A stretch of DNA of 64,000 bases. Origin: Octopus bimaculoides (taxonomy: Eukaryota). Made by a program: the position numbers and the translations under genes. The DNA lies in assembly GCF_001194135.2 (NCBI RefSeq), contig NC_068983.1, positions 127,412,470 through 127,476,469 of the forward strand, written 5' to 3'. Shown here one piece after another: positions 1 to 13,970 of the stretch; within the stretch, counting starts at the first letter, position 1; each line of letters starts with the position of its first letter. The notes beneath the pieces are model-generated. The model saw nothing but the letters and a program-made list of their open reading frames with translations, was not told where the DNA came from and searched no databases.

Positions 1-499
1 ATATATATATATATATATACAGTGTACAGAAGAGTTATCCCGAAATAATCCTGCAGGAAATATAAATGAACATAATAACTTTGTTGAACGTTATAATGCA
101 ATGACTTAAATTTAATTATCCCTGTACCAAACATTATTGTGCATTATGTCCTGCGGATGAAATTACCCTTTTTAATATTCAATAAATCTATTTTGTTCGT
201 GAGTTGGGAATTTCGGATGTGATAATCTTTTATATCAAATATAGGCACAATTTCTATATATAACATATTTATTATTTGTGGATGCACTTGTGAGTAATTG
301 AAAGTTTACAGATGTGAGCGAACGTGTATATACGAGCATACACAGGGATATGTATATTTATCTACACATGCACATGCATGTAAATAAGAAAATACATATA
401 AAAATACATGCATACAAAGGCATAAGGTACGCGTGTGTGCTTGTGCTTGTGCGTGATTGTAGATGGGTACGTGTATGCATAAGTGCAGATCTACATTTT

Positions 500-518
500 C
501 GCATTTCTTGCATGAAAT

Positions 519-588
<70 letters not shown>

Positions 589-695
589 AGATAGATAGAT
601 ACATACATACATACATACATATATACATATATACATGCATACATGCATATATACATACATGCATGCATACATACATACATACATACATACATACG
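500..695. repeat. Compound (TA)n/(TACA)n microsatellite
   Basis: Direct reading; explains the YI/YV-repeat ORFs at 306-720. Confidence 0.95.
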
Positions 696-973
696 TACAC
701 TTTGTCAGGGCAAAAATCACCCGGTTCTCGGTTTCAACTAGTGGTTTTATAACATTTTTAGGTTACGTGTAATTTATATATTTGTATGTATAATAAGTTC
801 ATAGGCGACACAGACACACACGTAAATAAATATAAGATACATTATCATATTAGGGGCTATTGCAACAAATAATTCCTCACGCTGAAATGGGAGTCTAAAT
901 CACAAATACTTCAATAAACATACATATATTCATTGTAGTAGTTTGAATTAACAGTGTGAGGCGTTACTTATAG

Positions 974-1004
<31 letters not shown>

Positions 1005-1052
1005 ATGTGTGTGTGTGTGTGTGTGTGTGCGTGTGTGTGTGTATAATATATA

Positions 1053-1220
1053 GGCGCAGGAGTGGGTGTGTGGTAAGTAGCTCGCCTACCAACCACATGG
1101 TTCCGGGTTTATACCCGGACTCATATGGTACCTTGGGCAAATGCCTTCTACTCTAGCCTAGAACCGACCAAAGCCTTGTGAGTGGATTTGGTAGACGGAA
1201 ACTGAAAGAATCCCGTCGTA
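1053..1220 (+). mobile_element. tRNA-derived SINE, family S1 (5' half)
   Basis: ggcgcaggagtgggtgtgtggtaag (A-box-like), catggttccgggtt (B-box-like), ccttgggcaa..., gaccaaagccttgtgagtggatttggtagacggaaactgaaagaa; homologous to copies at 8058, 15232, 22950, 46670 and 63872. Confidence 0.9.
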
Positions 1221-1295
1221 TATATATNNNNNNNNNNNNNNNNNNNNNNNNNNNNNNNNNNNNNNNNNNNNNNNNNNNNNNNNNNNNNNNNNNNN

Positions 1296-1348
<53 letters not shown>

Positions 1349-2932
1349 GTATATATATGTATGTATATATATGTATAGTAAATGTTAGAGGTAAGACTTG
1401 ACAATTGTAAGCACCTGTGTATGCCAGCTCGTGGTTGAGGTGAATGAATAAATTGTAAATCCAAAAATAAAAACAAAACAAAGGATTCTGTGGTACACGT
1501 TTTTCAAGCTTTATAGTTGCTACATCAGTGTATAATTGACAATATAAAGCTATCTTCAGCCGCAAATGTATTCTCTCCCAAGAATTATATCACATAGACG
1601 TTAAAGGAGGAAGAAAGATGAGATATAAGAGGTGAGGTTCTGTTTGGTATTTTGCATTGTACTATACCTCGTAGAATTCTTAATTTGATATATTTATACA
1701 TAATTTCCTCGCTATTCCGGAATCCGTCCATACCTTGCCTCAATTCAGTGTGTTGTGTTAAGTTGGTGGTTAAAAACAATATAATAAAATAACATAACAA
1801 AAATGAAATAATAATATAAAATAAAATAGGAATGTTGTTCTCTTGTTCTCTTATTGTTTCTTAGATTACCCACCCCACCGATTTGACTACTTTTATGTTT
1901 TATTTTTATTTTTATTTTTATTTTTGTATGAATATATGTGTACTATTTTTTCTTCTTAGGATTTTATATTCCTATTTTATTTTATATTATTAAAGAAGGA
2001 CTACAAGCTGGTGTCTACATTCCTTCAGGAGACTAGCATGGAATCTATCGGGGCCTACATCAGAATGTTGTTTGATCTCATTTATTGCTGCAATGATGTC
2101 TGTAGCAGTAAAAGTTATGTCCGAGATTATATGTTGTAGATCGACTACACACCCCTGGCATTAATCGACTAAAATTACCCAAAATCTGAAAGTCATTGAT
2201 TCTCTTATGCCGAAAGTGAATTTCTTTTAAATATAGGTATACAAAACTACACCAATGTACCAAATTTGAACGGAAATAGAGCAAAACTGATAAAAAATGA
2301 AAACAGTAGCCGCCAAAGAGATGAGGATACATACATGGATCACAAATTAAAATAAGGCTCTGTGAACCTTTAGATACATGTTCAAGTAAGGGTCATATTT
2401 TATGATATTACCCCGGATCTATTGACTGAGTGGATATAATATGACAACAAAGCATCAACAAGGAAGCAAATTTCATAAACAAATATCGGCATCTGAATAT
2501 CCGTGGCAGAGAAAGGATGCCAATCTCTTACTGCCACATTTGCTGAAGCCTCCTGCTCCTCCTCTTCACCCCCTCCTCCTCTTCACCCCCTCCTCTTCAC
2601 CCCTCCTCCTCTTCATCCCCCTCATCCTCCTCCACTCATCTCCACCTCCCCTCTTCTTCCCCTCCCCTATTNNNNNNNNNNNNNNNNNNNNNNNNNNNNN
2701 NNNNNNNNNNNNNNNNNNNNNNNNNNNNNNNNNNNNNNNNNNNNNNNNNNNNNNNNNNNNNNNNNNNNNNNNNNNNNNNNNNNNNNNNNNNNNNNNNNNN
2801 NNNNNNNNNNNNNNNNNNNNNNNNNNNNNNNNNNNNNNNNNNNNNNNNNNNNNNNNNNNNNNNNNNNNNNNNNNNNNNNNNNNNNNNNNNNNNNNNNNNN
2901 NNNNNNNNNNNNNNNNNNNNNNNNNNNNNNNN

Positions 2933-2994
<62 letters not shown>

Positions 2995-3006
2995 AAGATT
3001 TATTTT

Positions 3007-3803
3007 TTCGTAATGAGATAAAAAACGAAGGCTGTGTATAATATAGAACATTTATAAATAGAAGGTCTTACAGCAATGTCCAGGACACCTATTATATCCG
3101 TTCATTGGAGACGGTGTGAGAGGATGGTTAAACAATTGTTAGTTTAGATAAGATAGGAAATAGAGATTGAATGTAGGGATATTGTATTTGTAAATCCGTT
3201 GTTTAGGCTGAATGGTATTCCAATGGATACATATAAGATTCCAAGGTACACTTTCCCTTATCTATATTTTTGTATTCCTTCTTTTTTTTCTTCTTCCATT
3301 TTCTTCTCTTTCTAACCACCTTCTTTTTATTCGTCTTTTTTCCTCTTCTTTATTCCCCTGTTCTTGTTTTGGATTTGACCCTACTAATACATTCTCTACT
3401 TTTAGGTCACTTTAAACAGAGCCCTTGATTCAATAACACTGTGTATAAACTCTGTATTTGGAATGATGAATTTCAAGTACTATTGGATATTACTCATAGG
3501 GTACTGGAATCTTAATAATGGATTTACAAATGCAATGACCAATCTTCAGGACGATTAGATTTTATTCACAAGGTACTGGAATCTTATATGTATACCATTC
3601 TGCCTAAACAATGGGTTTACAAATACAATATCCCTACATTTTCTCTCTATTTCTTATCTTATGTAAACTAACTATTGCTTAACCATCCTCTCCCACCGTC
3701 TCCGATGAAGTGATATAATAGATGTCCTGGAAACAGCTGTAAGACGTTCTATTTATAAATGTTCTATATTATAAACAGCCTTCGTTTTTTATCTCATTAC
3801 GAA
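3007..3803. mobile_element. Fold-back element with ~240-bp inverted arms (3007-~3248 / ~3573-3803), Penelope-like terminal repeats
   Basis: Left arm ttcgtaatgagataaaaaacgaaggctgtgtataatatagaacatttataaatagaa is the reverse complement of the right end apart from a few mismatches; each arm carries a hammerhead-like motif; flanked by (CA)n/(TA)n. Confidence 0.85.
3697..3746 (+). ncRNA. Degenerate minimal type I hammerhead ribozyme (U4C core variant)
   Basis: cgtct-CCGATGA-agtgatataatagatgtcctg-GAAA-cagctg-TA-agacg. Stem I cgtct/agacg is perfect, stem III is the palindrome acagctgt, cleavage triplet GUA. The core has C in place of U4 and the base of stem II is mismatched. Confidence 0.65.
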
Positions 3804-6559
3804 CGCGCACACACACGCACGTGCACACACACACACACACACACATACTCACACACATATACATATCACTCCACATTATGTAATTCGTATTACTTATTCT
3901 TGTTTCTATGCACGAACGCGCGCTTCCTCTTTCATGATATAGGCACTTGTCTACTTGTTTGCGCCTTTGCATGTCAATATGTATGAATGACAGCGTAATA
4001 ATTATGCTTATCGGTTAGTGAGATGGACATTGTACGTGGCATATGTAATGATGCTCGATAGTATTAGAAATTTGGGAGTAAAGTATCGTTACAGGAAAGT
4101 TAAATGCTCAACAATTTCAATAGACGGGTGTCACAGATTATGCATTTTGTACACTATAAAAGGAATTTGTATTAATCAAATTTTACTTATCTTTCTTTGT
4201 TTGCCTCCGCGGCTATATTATGTGATTTTTATTAGAATTGCAGTGCAGTAGAGTCTGCTGCGAAACCACATTGTTGAGAAATAAATTTCTTAAACACACA
4301 ATCATTGCTTTAATAGATGCATCTCTACAATCTACAAGTTTTAGATTTTGCTAAAAGTTATGAATGACACGAGAGAGTAGAGACCACATTGTTATTCAGA
4401 CTAATGTGAAGAGCACTCCAAGCAATTTGAAGTGTCTTGCCATCTCTTCAGCATCCATTCAACTACTCTCAAACATTTCAAAATCTAGATCATCTTATCG
4501 GAATTTTCTTTTCCCCCCACTTTTTTTGGTGTAATAAAAATTAGAAAATGAAAATTCAGTTCAATTGCAGATTCCTATTTATATTTATATTTTTAAATGT
4601 TATTATCACGAACAATTTCTTTATCCATGATCTTGAGAAAGTTTCTAATATTAGTTAGAGTGGAATGCGAAAATATTCATGAGTTTAGCGAAGTTTATTC
4701 TTTCAAAACTTTACTGTTCAACTCAGTTTATCTGCATATAAACACTGTTAGATATTTGTTTAATATAGAAGAGAAAATCTAAACTATTTCTACCAAACTT
4801 TTTCGATGAAAATGTATGGGCTTATACATAGAATGTAGTGAGTCCAAAAGATATAAACTTTACTGATTAACCAATTTGTAGATAGTAAACACTACAATTG
4901 TATGTAAAAATAAGCTACAGTTGCAATACATATATATCAGATCATTCGATTGAAATATTTAGAGAATATAAAGCGTGAAATTTATTGTTTATTGAAATTG
5001 AACAGGTTAAGTCAGTGAATATATTGTACGCAGATGACAGAGCTACGCAAGGAAATATATATATATAATGAACTTTTTCTATTGCATTTGTGTCTTGTAT
5101 ACAGACAACTCTAAATATTCATATTTCTTCTCTCTGTTTCATTTACTCTATCTTTGTTTCTTTATCTTTCTGTCCCTTCCCCCCCCCTCTCTCTCTCGTT
5201 TTGTGTTTCTCTGTACATACATTTATGCATATATAAATACATGGGTATTTTATTACCGCGAATGGGTAATAAAATACTTATGTAAGCTTCGTATAGATAG
5301 TTACCGTTTAGTGCTCAGAGAATTCAGAATCTTAAACACTAGGTTTTCCATTCGCTTTAGGTAGCCCAACAGTAGGAATAAAGACAAACAATAACAGTCA
5401 TAATGAATACGTTTATAAGAAATGTTAGATATATAACGTACATAATATAATCAACTATTGTTTTCAGCTGTGTGGATAAAGGGCGAGTGGTTGGTGTAAA
5501 CTTGCATTTTATGCAATGAAGTCCACTATTTTCTCCATATTGCAAGTATAAATATATACAAGCAACGGAAGGGAAAGTATCAAATAGTACAGATTTTGCT
5601 AGTTGCATATATCAGTCAAGTTGTCCTCTTGAGAAGAGCCGCACAAATGGCATAAATAAGATAACGTTCCTAAAGTATATTAAAGTTTTCTTTTGTTCTT
5701 GTTTATGAAATTAGTAAGATTGTGAGGCAGAGAGGAGGTTTTATGGCGATAGTCATGAAGGTAGGGAGGGAAAAACAGAGGAAGAGAAAAACAGAGGAAG
5801 AGATTTATTGTAGATGAGGGTGATTCAGTTATTATGAAACGTCAACTATCAGCTGGAGATATAAACCACAGCTGCAAAATTAAGAATGGCAAACGAGATT
5901 AGACAGAGGAGTTCAAAATAGACTCATTGTCGTCACGTCTAGACTGTATTGTAGCTGTTGCTACCTGCCGGTGTGCTTTTACATCTTTAGATTTTATTGT
6001 TCTCTGAGATGAAAGCTCTCAGGTGTCCTTCACTATTGCAAATGCACACCTTGTAACTACATATTCAGTTTTCTTTCACCAATTCGATCGATCTAATATC
6101 TGTTGAATCTATGTTTCAACTCCAGGATAGTGGTGAGCGTTATCGCCACGAAGGACATTTTGGACATGTGGAACGAGGCGTAAGGATTTAGGGGTGGCGA
6201 GAGGGAGTTGAGAGTGGTTGTAAGATAGCATAATTATCATACTATATTTTTACCTATAGCAGAAATAAAACTGGCCATGGTTATTTAGATAAAATGAGAG
6301 ATAAGTATATACCGTAACTAAAGACAGAATTGAACAAGAACAATTCAAATTTAATGCTATATCTCAGTCTTGAGTAGTACTTTTTAGGCGCGCAGTCTTG
6401 CTTATTTTCTTTGTATATTGTGATCTCCATTATATTTTGTTTAGTGATTTAAACATATACAATTGTTATGTACGTTTCTCGTTTAAGACATTAGAATGAG
6501 TAGAGATATGAAGTGCCATCAATAAACGAATGAATAATTGAAATATGGTTACAATTCGT

Positions 6560-7925
<1,366 letters not shown>

Positions 7926-8057
7926 CGAGGAAACCATTTACTTGCAGTGTATAAAGTAAAATTACAACGTTTGTCTTCATTATTCTTTATTACTTCACTG
8001 TTAAAAGTGTATACAGTCCATTTTAAATAAAATTGGTACATTATCAACCTATGTATA

Positions 8058-8457
8058 GGCTTAGGAGTGGCTGCGTGGTAAGTAACTTGCTTACGAACCA
8101 CATGGTTCCGGGGTCAGTCCCACTGCGTGGCACCTTGGGCAAGTGTTTTCCACTAAAGCCTCGGGCCGACCAAAGCCTTTTGAGTGGATTTGGTAGACGG
8201 AAACTGAAAGAAGCCCATCGTATATATGTATATATTTATGTATGTGCGTGTGTATGTTTGTGTGTTTGTGTTTGTCCCCCCAACATCGCTTGACAACCGA
8301 TGCTGTTGAGTTTAGGCCCTTGTAACCTAGCGGTTCGGCAAAAGAGACTGATAAAAGAATAAGTCCTGGGGTCGATTTGCTCGACTAAAGGCGGTGCTCC
8401 AGCATGGCCACAGTTTAATGACTGAAACAAGTAAAAGAGTAAAAGAGTAAAAGAGTA
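8058..8457 (+). mobile_element. Near full-length SINE, family S1
   Basis: tRNA-like head, ccttgggcaagtg core, internal (TA/TG)n, 3' part ggggtcgatttgctcgactaaaggcggtgctccagcatggccacag and tail aagt(aaaagagt)x3. Confidence 0.92.
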
Positions 8458-8552
8458 TCACCCGCGTTATTCAAGTTTAGTGAACATACCATACACTCCA
8501 TTAAGTGAGTGCAAGGCATAGCAACTACTTAAAAAGTTGTGCTACAAAAATC

Positions 8553-8566
8553 GTTAAGAACCACTG
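8553..8566 (+). mobile_element. Probable 3' TIR of the Buster-type hAT element
   Basis: gttaagaaccactg is the reverse complement of CAGTGGTTCTTAAC; followed by the 8-mer gcctatac, which fits the Buster nnnTAnnn target site. The matching 5' TIR was not found. Confidence 0.5.
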
Positions 8567-9088
8567 GCCTATACGCTGCCACAAATGTGATGAGAAAACA
8601 TGATTCAACGGAATTTCACTGTCAATTTAGATTTGCCTTACACTTATATTGTTAAACCTCATGTACCGTGACTTTAGTATATGAACATCCAAGTCCATCA
8701 CAATGTCTTAAAACCTAGAATATTTTGGCATACGCACTGCTAAGGGCAAAGGACACACACCTTACAATCGTTGAGTAGGCATACTTCCAATTCTGTTTCT
8801 CTGCGCATACAGGTAACCTAGGTTAGCTTCCCAAAGTTAACAAACTTCAACCTTTTCATGAAAGAATTTTGTTAAGCAAAGAAGTGTTGTCTGTTGCCCT
8901 GTATTACGTCAATATCGACTTGGTTTTCTTCAAAAATTATATAGAGGGCATTTCCTTTTAAGTCATCAAATTTGCATGAGATAGAATGCTCCGGTTTTTG
9001 GTGGGTAGGAAAGATTTTTTTTGATTTTTAAGAGCGTTTTTTTTTTAAATTCCGGATAACAATGATACTGATGATGACGACAACATCG

Positions 9089-9142
<54 letters not shown>

Positions 9143-9206
9143 CCAACAACAACAACAACAATAATAATAATAACAACAACCATAATCATGATAATAATAG
9201 TATTAA

Positions 9207-9848
9207 TAATAAACCCCGGGACTTGCCCCATGATTAAAAAATGGTTGGAACACAAACTACCTCCAGTGCCTGAAAATGATCACATCTCACTCCTCTAGAA
9301 CTTCACCATTCAAACTAACAGAAAGATAGATGCATATAGCCCAGAAATCATATTTAAAGACTCCAGACGTAAATCATACCTCCTCATTGATATGACTATC
9401 CCAATCGATATAAACGTATCTGTGAAGACCTACCAAAAACTGAGCAAGCATAAAGATCTTGAAATAGAAATTAGCAAAATATGGAACCTCAATACTAAAG
9501 CAATACCCGTTGTCATAGGTGCCCCGGGAATGATAGTAAAGGGGGTTGTTTACTACTTAACTCAGATACCAAGAAACACCAAAATGGCAGAAATTCAAAA
9601 GTTAGTGCTCATAGGAACTTCCCATATCCTACGCAAAAAGCTCTGTATGTAATTCCAAGTTTTGAAACAAGCACATAATTGTCTTATACTGTTTTAAACA
9701 TTCTCTAGAACAACACTATGTACAAAGCCAAAAACATAGCACCGTAGGCAGGCATGAAACCAACATGAACTTCTAACTTGTAGTCCCTTGACGTCTGTGG
9801 GTGAGACTTGGAGCCAACTTGTATAAATGTAAAGCAAAAGTTAAACAT
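9207..9848 (+). mobile_element. R4/Dong-clade non-LTR retrotransposon, subfamily B, 3' end (RLE domain and 3' UTR)
   Basis: KKWLEHK..PENDHISLL, YLLIDMTIPID, KLSKHKDLEIEISKIWNLNTKAIPVVIGAPG, IQKLVLIGTSHILRK; preceded by (CAA)n/(TAA)n and followed by (AAT)n. Confidence 0.88.
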
Positions 9849-9850
9849 AA

Positions 9851-9936
<86 letters not shown>

Positions 9937-9962
9937 TAATAATAATAATAATGATGATAATA
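9849..9962. repeat. (AAT)n microsatellite joining two R4/Dong copies
   Basis: Direct reading. Confidence 0.97.
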
Positions 9963-11479
9963 ATGGCTTTGAATAATGTGCCAGAGCAACCTTGAAAAGA
10001 GGAAAATTTGTTAAGAGTAGCAACATCACACTAGATAAAGCTAATGAATAAGAGAATTAGACCAAAGCCAGACATACAAATACTTAGGAATCAATGAACT
10101 AGTTATGATAAAACACACACAAACGAAAGAGGAAATAAAAAAACAAATAATATAGACAGATTAGATTAATACTGAAGAATGAGCTCAATGTGAAATACAA
10201 GGTAACAGATATCAAACACTCAAGCCGTCCCAGTTATAAGTTACAACTACAATATCAGGAACTATACACTAAATAAACTGATCAAGATACACTGGAAATC
10301 AAGAAAAGTAATGACAGTATCTAGGATGCACCACCCACAATCTGACATAGAAAGGTTATATACACAACGTACAGAACGTGGTGGTAGCATTATACAGCTA
10401 AAACACTATAACAAAATAATCAGCATAGGACTACAAAAATATCTACTTCACAACCAAGGAAGACTAAACAAATGGCCACAAAATACGAACCAAACAAAAT
10501 AGCTGACAAATACAAGCAAGAAGTCATTCTACCTAACACAATTAGGCACCGCACATATCCTACGTAAAACACATTTAATACAGTAACTATAAACTGTACA
10601 ACATTTGACATCCAAACTAAAACTGGAACACCAACGGATCATGATAGAATGATGTCAAGAGAAGCCCCTTCATGGCAACTACTGGGTTAAACTAACCGCA
10701 AAAGAAATTGACACAGCCACAACCCAACAATGGCTGAGAAGCTCAGGAATCAAAACAGAGACTGAAGAATTTTTAATTGTCCCTGAAGACCAAGGGCTCC
10801 ACACCAGAAATAATCAAAAACAAACAATGAAAAGAAATATAACAAGTAACTGTAGAATATGTGGAGATGGATAAGAAACAATAAACCATATTGTCTCTGG
10901 TTGCCCAGTCCTGGCTAAGAAAGAATATATTTACAGACACGACAGTTTTGGGATCTAAATACACTGGAAGCTATGAGAACACTATGCAATAGCAACAGAA
11001 AAATGATGGTATAGGCGCACGCCAGAAAAGGTCACAGAAAATGAGGAAGCAACCATACTATGGGATATGTCAATACACAAAGATAGAGAAATTGAGGCCA
11101 ATAGGTCAGATATTAGTTGTCAGAGATCATCAATAAAATAAAATGTTTTCTAATTGATGTACCAATACAAACAGATGACAAAGTTTTCTCAAAGAAATGA
11201 AGAAATGAAGAAATAGAGGTAACTCGAATGTGGAGTCTAAAAAGAGAGAAAATTCCGATCATAATAGGAGCTTTATGTATGATAAAAACATATTCAAATA
11301 AATACATAACAAATAAACAATCAGAAAATAGCACCATTAGACACCGCACTCATCCTACGTAAAACAATTTCAATGCAGTAACTATAAGAGCATCACAACA
11401 AATAACAGCAACTACCCAAGGCACAGAGAGCCGCGCACGGTAGTGGAGTGAAAGCACGTGATAAATATAAGACTACTCA
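9963..11479 (+). mobile_element. R4/Dong-clade retrotransposon, subfamily A, 5'-truncated and decayed (RT thumb, CCHC finger, RLE, 3' UTR)
   Basis: CARATLKRGKFVKSSNITLDKANE, TYKYLGINEL, CRICGDG*ETINHIVSGCPVLAKKEYIYRHD, ILWDMSIHKDREIEANRSDI, FLIDVPI; multiple stops and frameshifts. Confidence 0.92.
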
Positions 11480-11494
11480 ATGATATTAATGATG

Positions 11495-11670
11495 ATGTTG
11501 GCAAATTTTACCACAAAGGCAGAAATTTGGGAGGAGGAGATGAGTCGATTACATCGATTCCAGTGTTCAACTGGTAATTAATTTAGCGACCCCGAAATAA
11601 TGAAAGTCGATGTAGACCTCGGCAGACGTTGAACTCAGAATCTAGCGATGGTCGAAATACCACAAATAAT
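11495..11670 (-). mobile_element. SINE, family S2
   Basis: Reverse complement reads ...ctgagttcaacgtctgccgaggtctacatcgactttcattatttcggggtcgctaaattaattaccagttgaacactggaatcgatgtaatcgact...; homologous to copies at 16490 and 26821. Confidence 0.75.
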
Positions 11671-11743
11671 TCGCATTAATAATAATGCCCTAGGTGTTAG
11701 GAAGACACTCGGTCTCAAATTAAAACAGAAATGAGAGGAGAGG

Positions 11744-11806
<63 letters not shown>

Positions 11807-11807
<1 letters not shown>

Positions 11808-12706
11808 GAGTGCAGAAGAGCAGAAGAGATGCTGCAAGGGCTCATACGGCTGTAAAGATCAATTATTGATCAATAAAGCCATTACTGAAGACAGCCGCAG
11901 AAAGAAGAAAGGCCTCAGTATGGCCTGGGTGGACTACCAAAAGGCTTTCGACAGTGTTCCCCACACGTGGATTCTGGAAACACTAGCCATAAACAAGGTG
12001 GCACCAATTATCATAAAATACATAGAGCATTCAATGAACAAATGGCAGACAGTGCTACAGCTCCAAACAAAAGAGGGACTTGTGAAAACGAAAGCCATCC
12101 CCATTAGAAGAGGAATATTCCAGGGAGACACGCTCTCTCCACTCCTGTTTTGCCTGACACTCACACCTTTAACAGAATTGCTAAATAGAACTGGATACGG
12201 AAAAACAGTCAGCCACCTTCTATATATGGATGACCTAAAATTATATGCTAAAAACGACAAAGAGCTAGAAACACTATTACAGACAGTACACGGCTTTACC
12301 AAGGAAATAGATATGAAATTCGGATTAGAAAAATGTGCCAAAGCAACCCTGAAAAGAGGAACATTAGTTAAAAGTAGTAATATAACACTAGATAAAGCCA
12401 ATGAAATAAGAAAACTAGACGAAAGCCAACCATATAGGTATTTAGGAGTCAACGAACTCGATAGGATACAACATACACAAATGAAAGAAAAAATAAAGAA
12501 AGAGTACTATACACGAGTTAGATCAATACTAAAAACAGAGCTCAATGCTAAAAACAAGATAATGGGTATCAACACTTTAGCTGTCCCAGTTATAAGCTAC
12601 AGCTACAACATCCTTAACTGGACACTAAACGAACTATGTAAAATAGACAGGAAAACAAGAAAAATAATGACAGGATATAGGATGCACCACCCAAAATCTG
12701 ACATAG
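11807..12706 (+). CDS. Reverse transcriptase domain of an R4/Dong-clade retrotransposon (subfamily A); open frame, 5'-truncated, cut by a gap
   Basis: GCKDQLLINKAI, AWVDYQKAFDSVPH, RRGIFQGDTLSPLLFCL, HLLYMDDLKLYAKN, KFGLEKCAK, YRYLGV; ~300 codons without a stop. The poly-N and poly-R ends in the ORF track come from (AAT)n and (AAG)n. Confidence 0.93.
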
Positions 12707-12716
12707 NNNNNNNNNN

Positions 12717-12826
12717 AAGAAGAAGAAGAAGAAGAAGAAGAAGAAGAAGAAGAAGAAGAAGAAGAAGAAGAAGAAGAAGAAGAAGAAGAAGAAGAAGAAG
12801 AAGAAGAAGAAGAAGAAGAAGAAGAA
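12717..12826. repeat. (AAG)n microsatellite
   Basis: Direct reading, immediately after a 10-N gap. Confidence 0.97.
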
Positions 12827-13970
12827 AAATTGGGAAAGTTTTCCACTCAAATTTCGACTGAAACTACGAAGTAAGACTTGCATTAATAACGTCAGTGTCA
12901 TCTTTGCGGAATGCAAAACATAACCCAGTTATAAACTAGAGATTAAATATAATTTTTTGAATGTATTAAAGTAGTTAAATCACATCCGATGGAACTGATA
13001 TGGTAATATGACTTTCGGAACCTGAAAGGCACATAGATTCAAACGTAATGTATCTCTAAATAAGTTATACAGCGTCGACTTGAATTATAAGGTAGTAGAT
13101 TCTCATTTAACAAATATTTGACTGTCATTTCTATGAGATGCAGCTGTCCTTTCCTTTCCTTCCCTGTGTAAAATAAAAATACGTAGTAGGTAGAGGTGTG
13201 TGTTACATAGTAAACATTACTTGATATTGTGAAGAAAATAATTTAGTTAATGATCTCTTCGGAAGACAGTCATGAATCATTGATCTGTTCGGTAAACATC
13301 TGAAATAAAGTCGCCTTTCCTGAAAAGTGCTCCTGCTCTTTCGCAAATTATTAAACCATATTTGATTGTTAGTCTCACAACAGCGAACTTAGACGCCAAA
13401 ACACTAGAATATGAAGACATATGACTATGAATACTTTGGTTAAGCTTATTATTGTAGAAGATTCTATAAAATGTTTGAGTCATGCATGAGGCATTATTTT
13501 GTGAAACAATATATTATTGTACGTAACATAACATATGTGCTTTATGTACATAACATAAAAAAGGAAATCTTTGAAACTAGAACACAGTACAAGAAGGATT
13601 GGCAGTGAAGGGAAGTATTTAGTAAATAGTCATGTTACTGCGATAATTAAGACAATCCCACTTATCTTATTTAGCTCATTACGTGAATACACATGTACAT
13701 CCGCAAACACAAATACGTACATCTATCTCAAAGCCCTTTCATCATTAATTGATACTTGTTATTCCTCGTGCAACTCTAAGAATAATTGAGGACTGTGCCT
13801 AAATCATATCATGATGGTGAGGTGTGAAACACCTACTTATATTTTTGCGAAATCAGTCGGTTACTCCTGTATTTATAACATAATTCTAAATCTCTCTCTA
13901 AATATTTCTCCCTCTCTCTATCTATCTGTCCCTTTATATGTACATATATGTTGCATTATATTGAGCCAGC

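Noticed and set aside
306-720. Overlapping YI/YV/MYV-repeat ORFs (and similar at 39289, 50158, 60123)
   Set aside because: Translations of (TA)n, (TG)n and (TACA)n microsatellites.
2000-2560. MITE/Helitron-like wording (tgtaccaaatttgaacgg)
   Set aside because: No termini or second copy could be defined in the window.
12707-12861. Poly-Arg tail on the RT ORF
   Set aside because: (AAG)n beyond a gap, not part of the protein.
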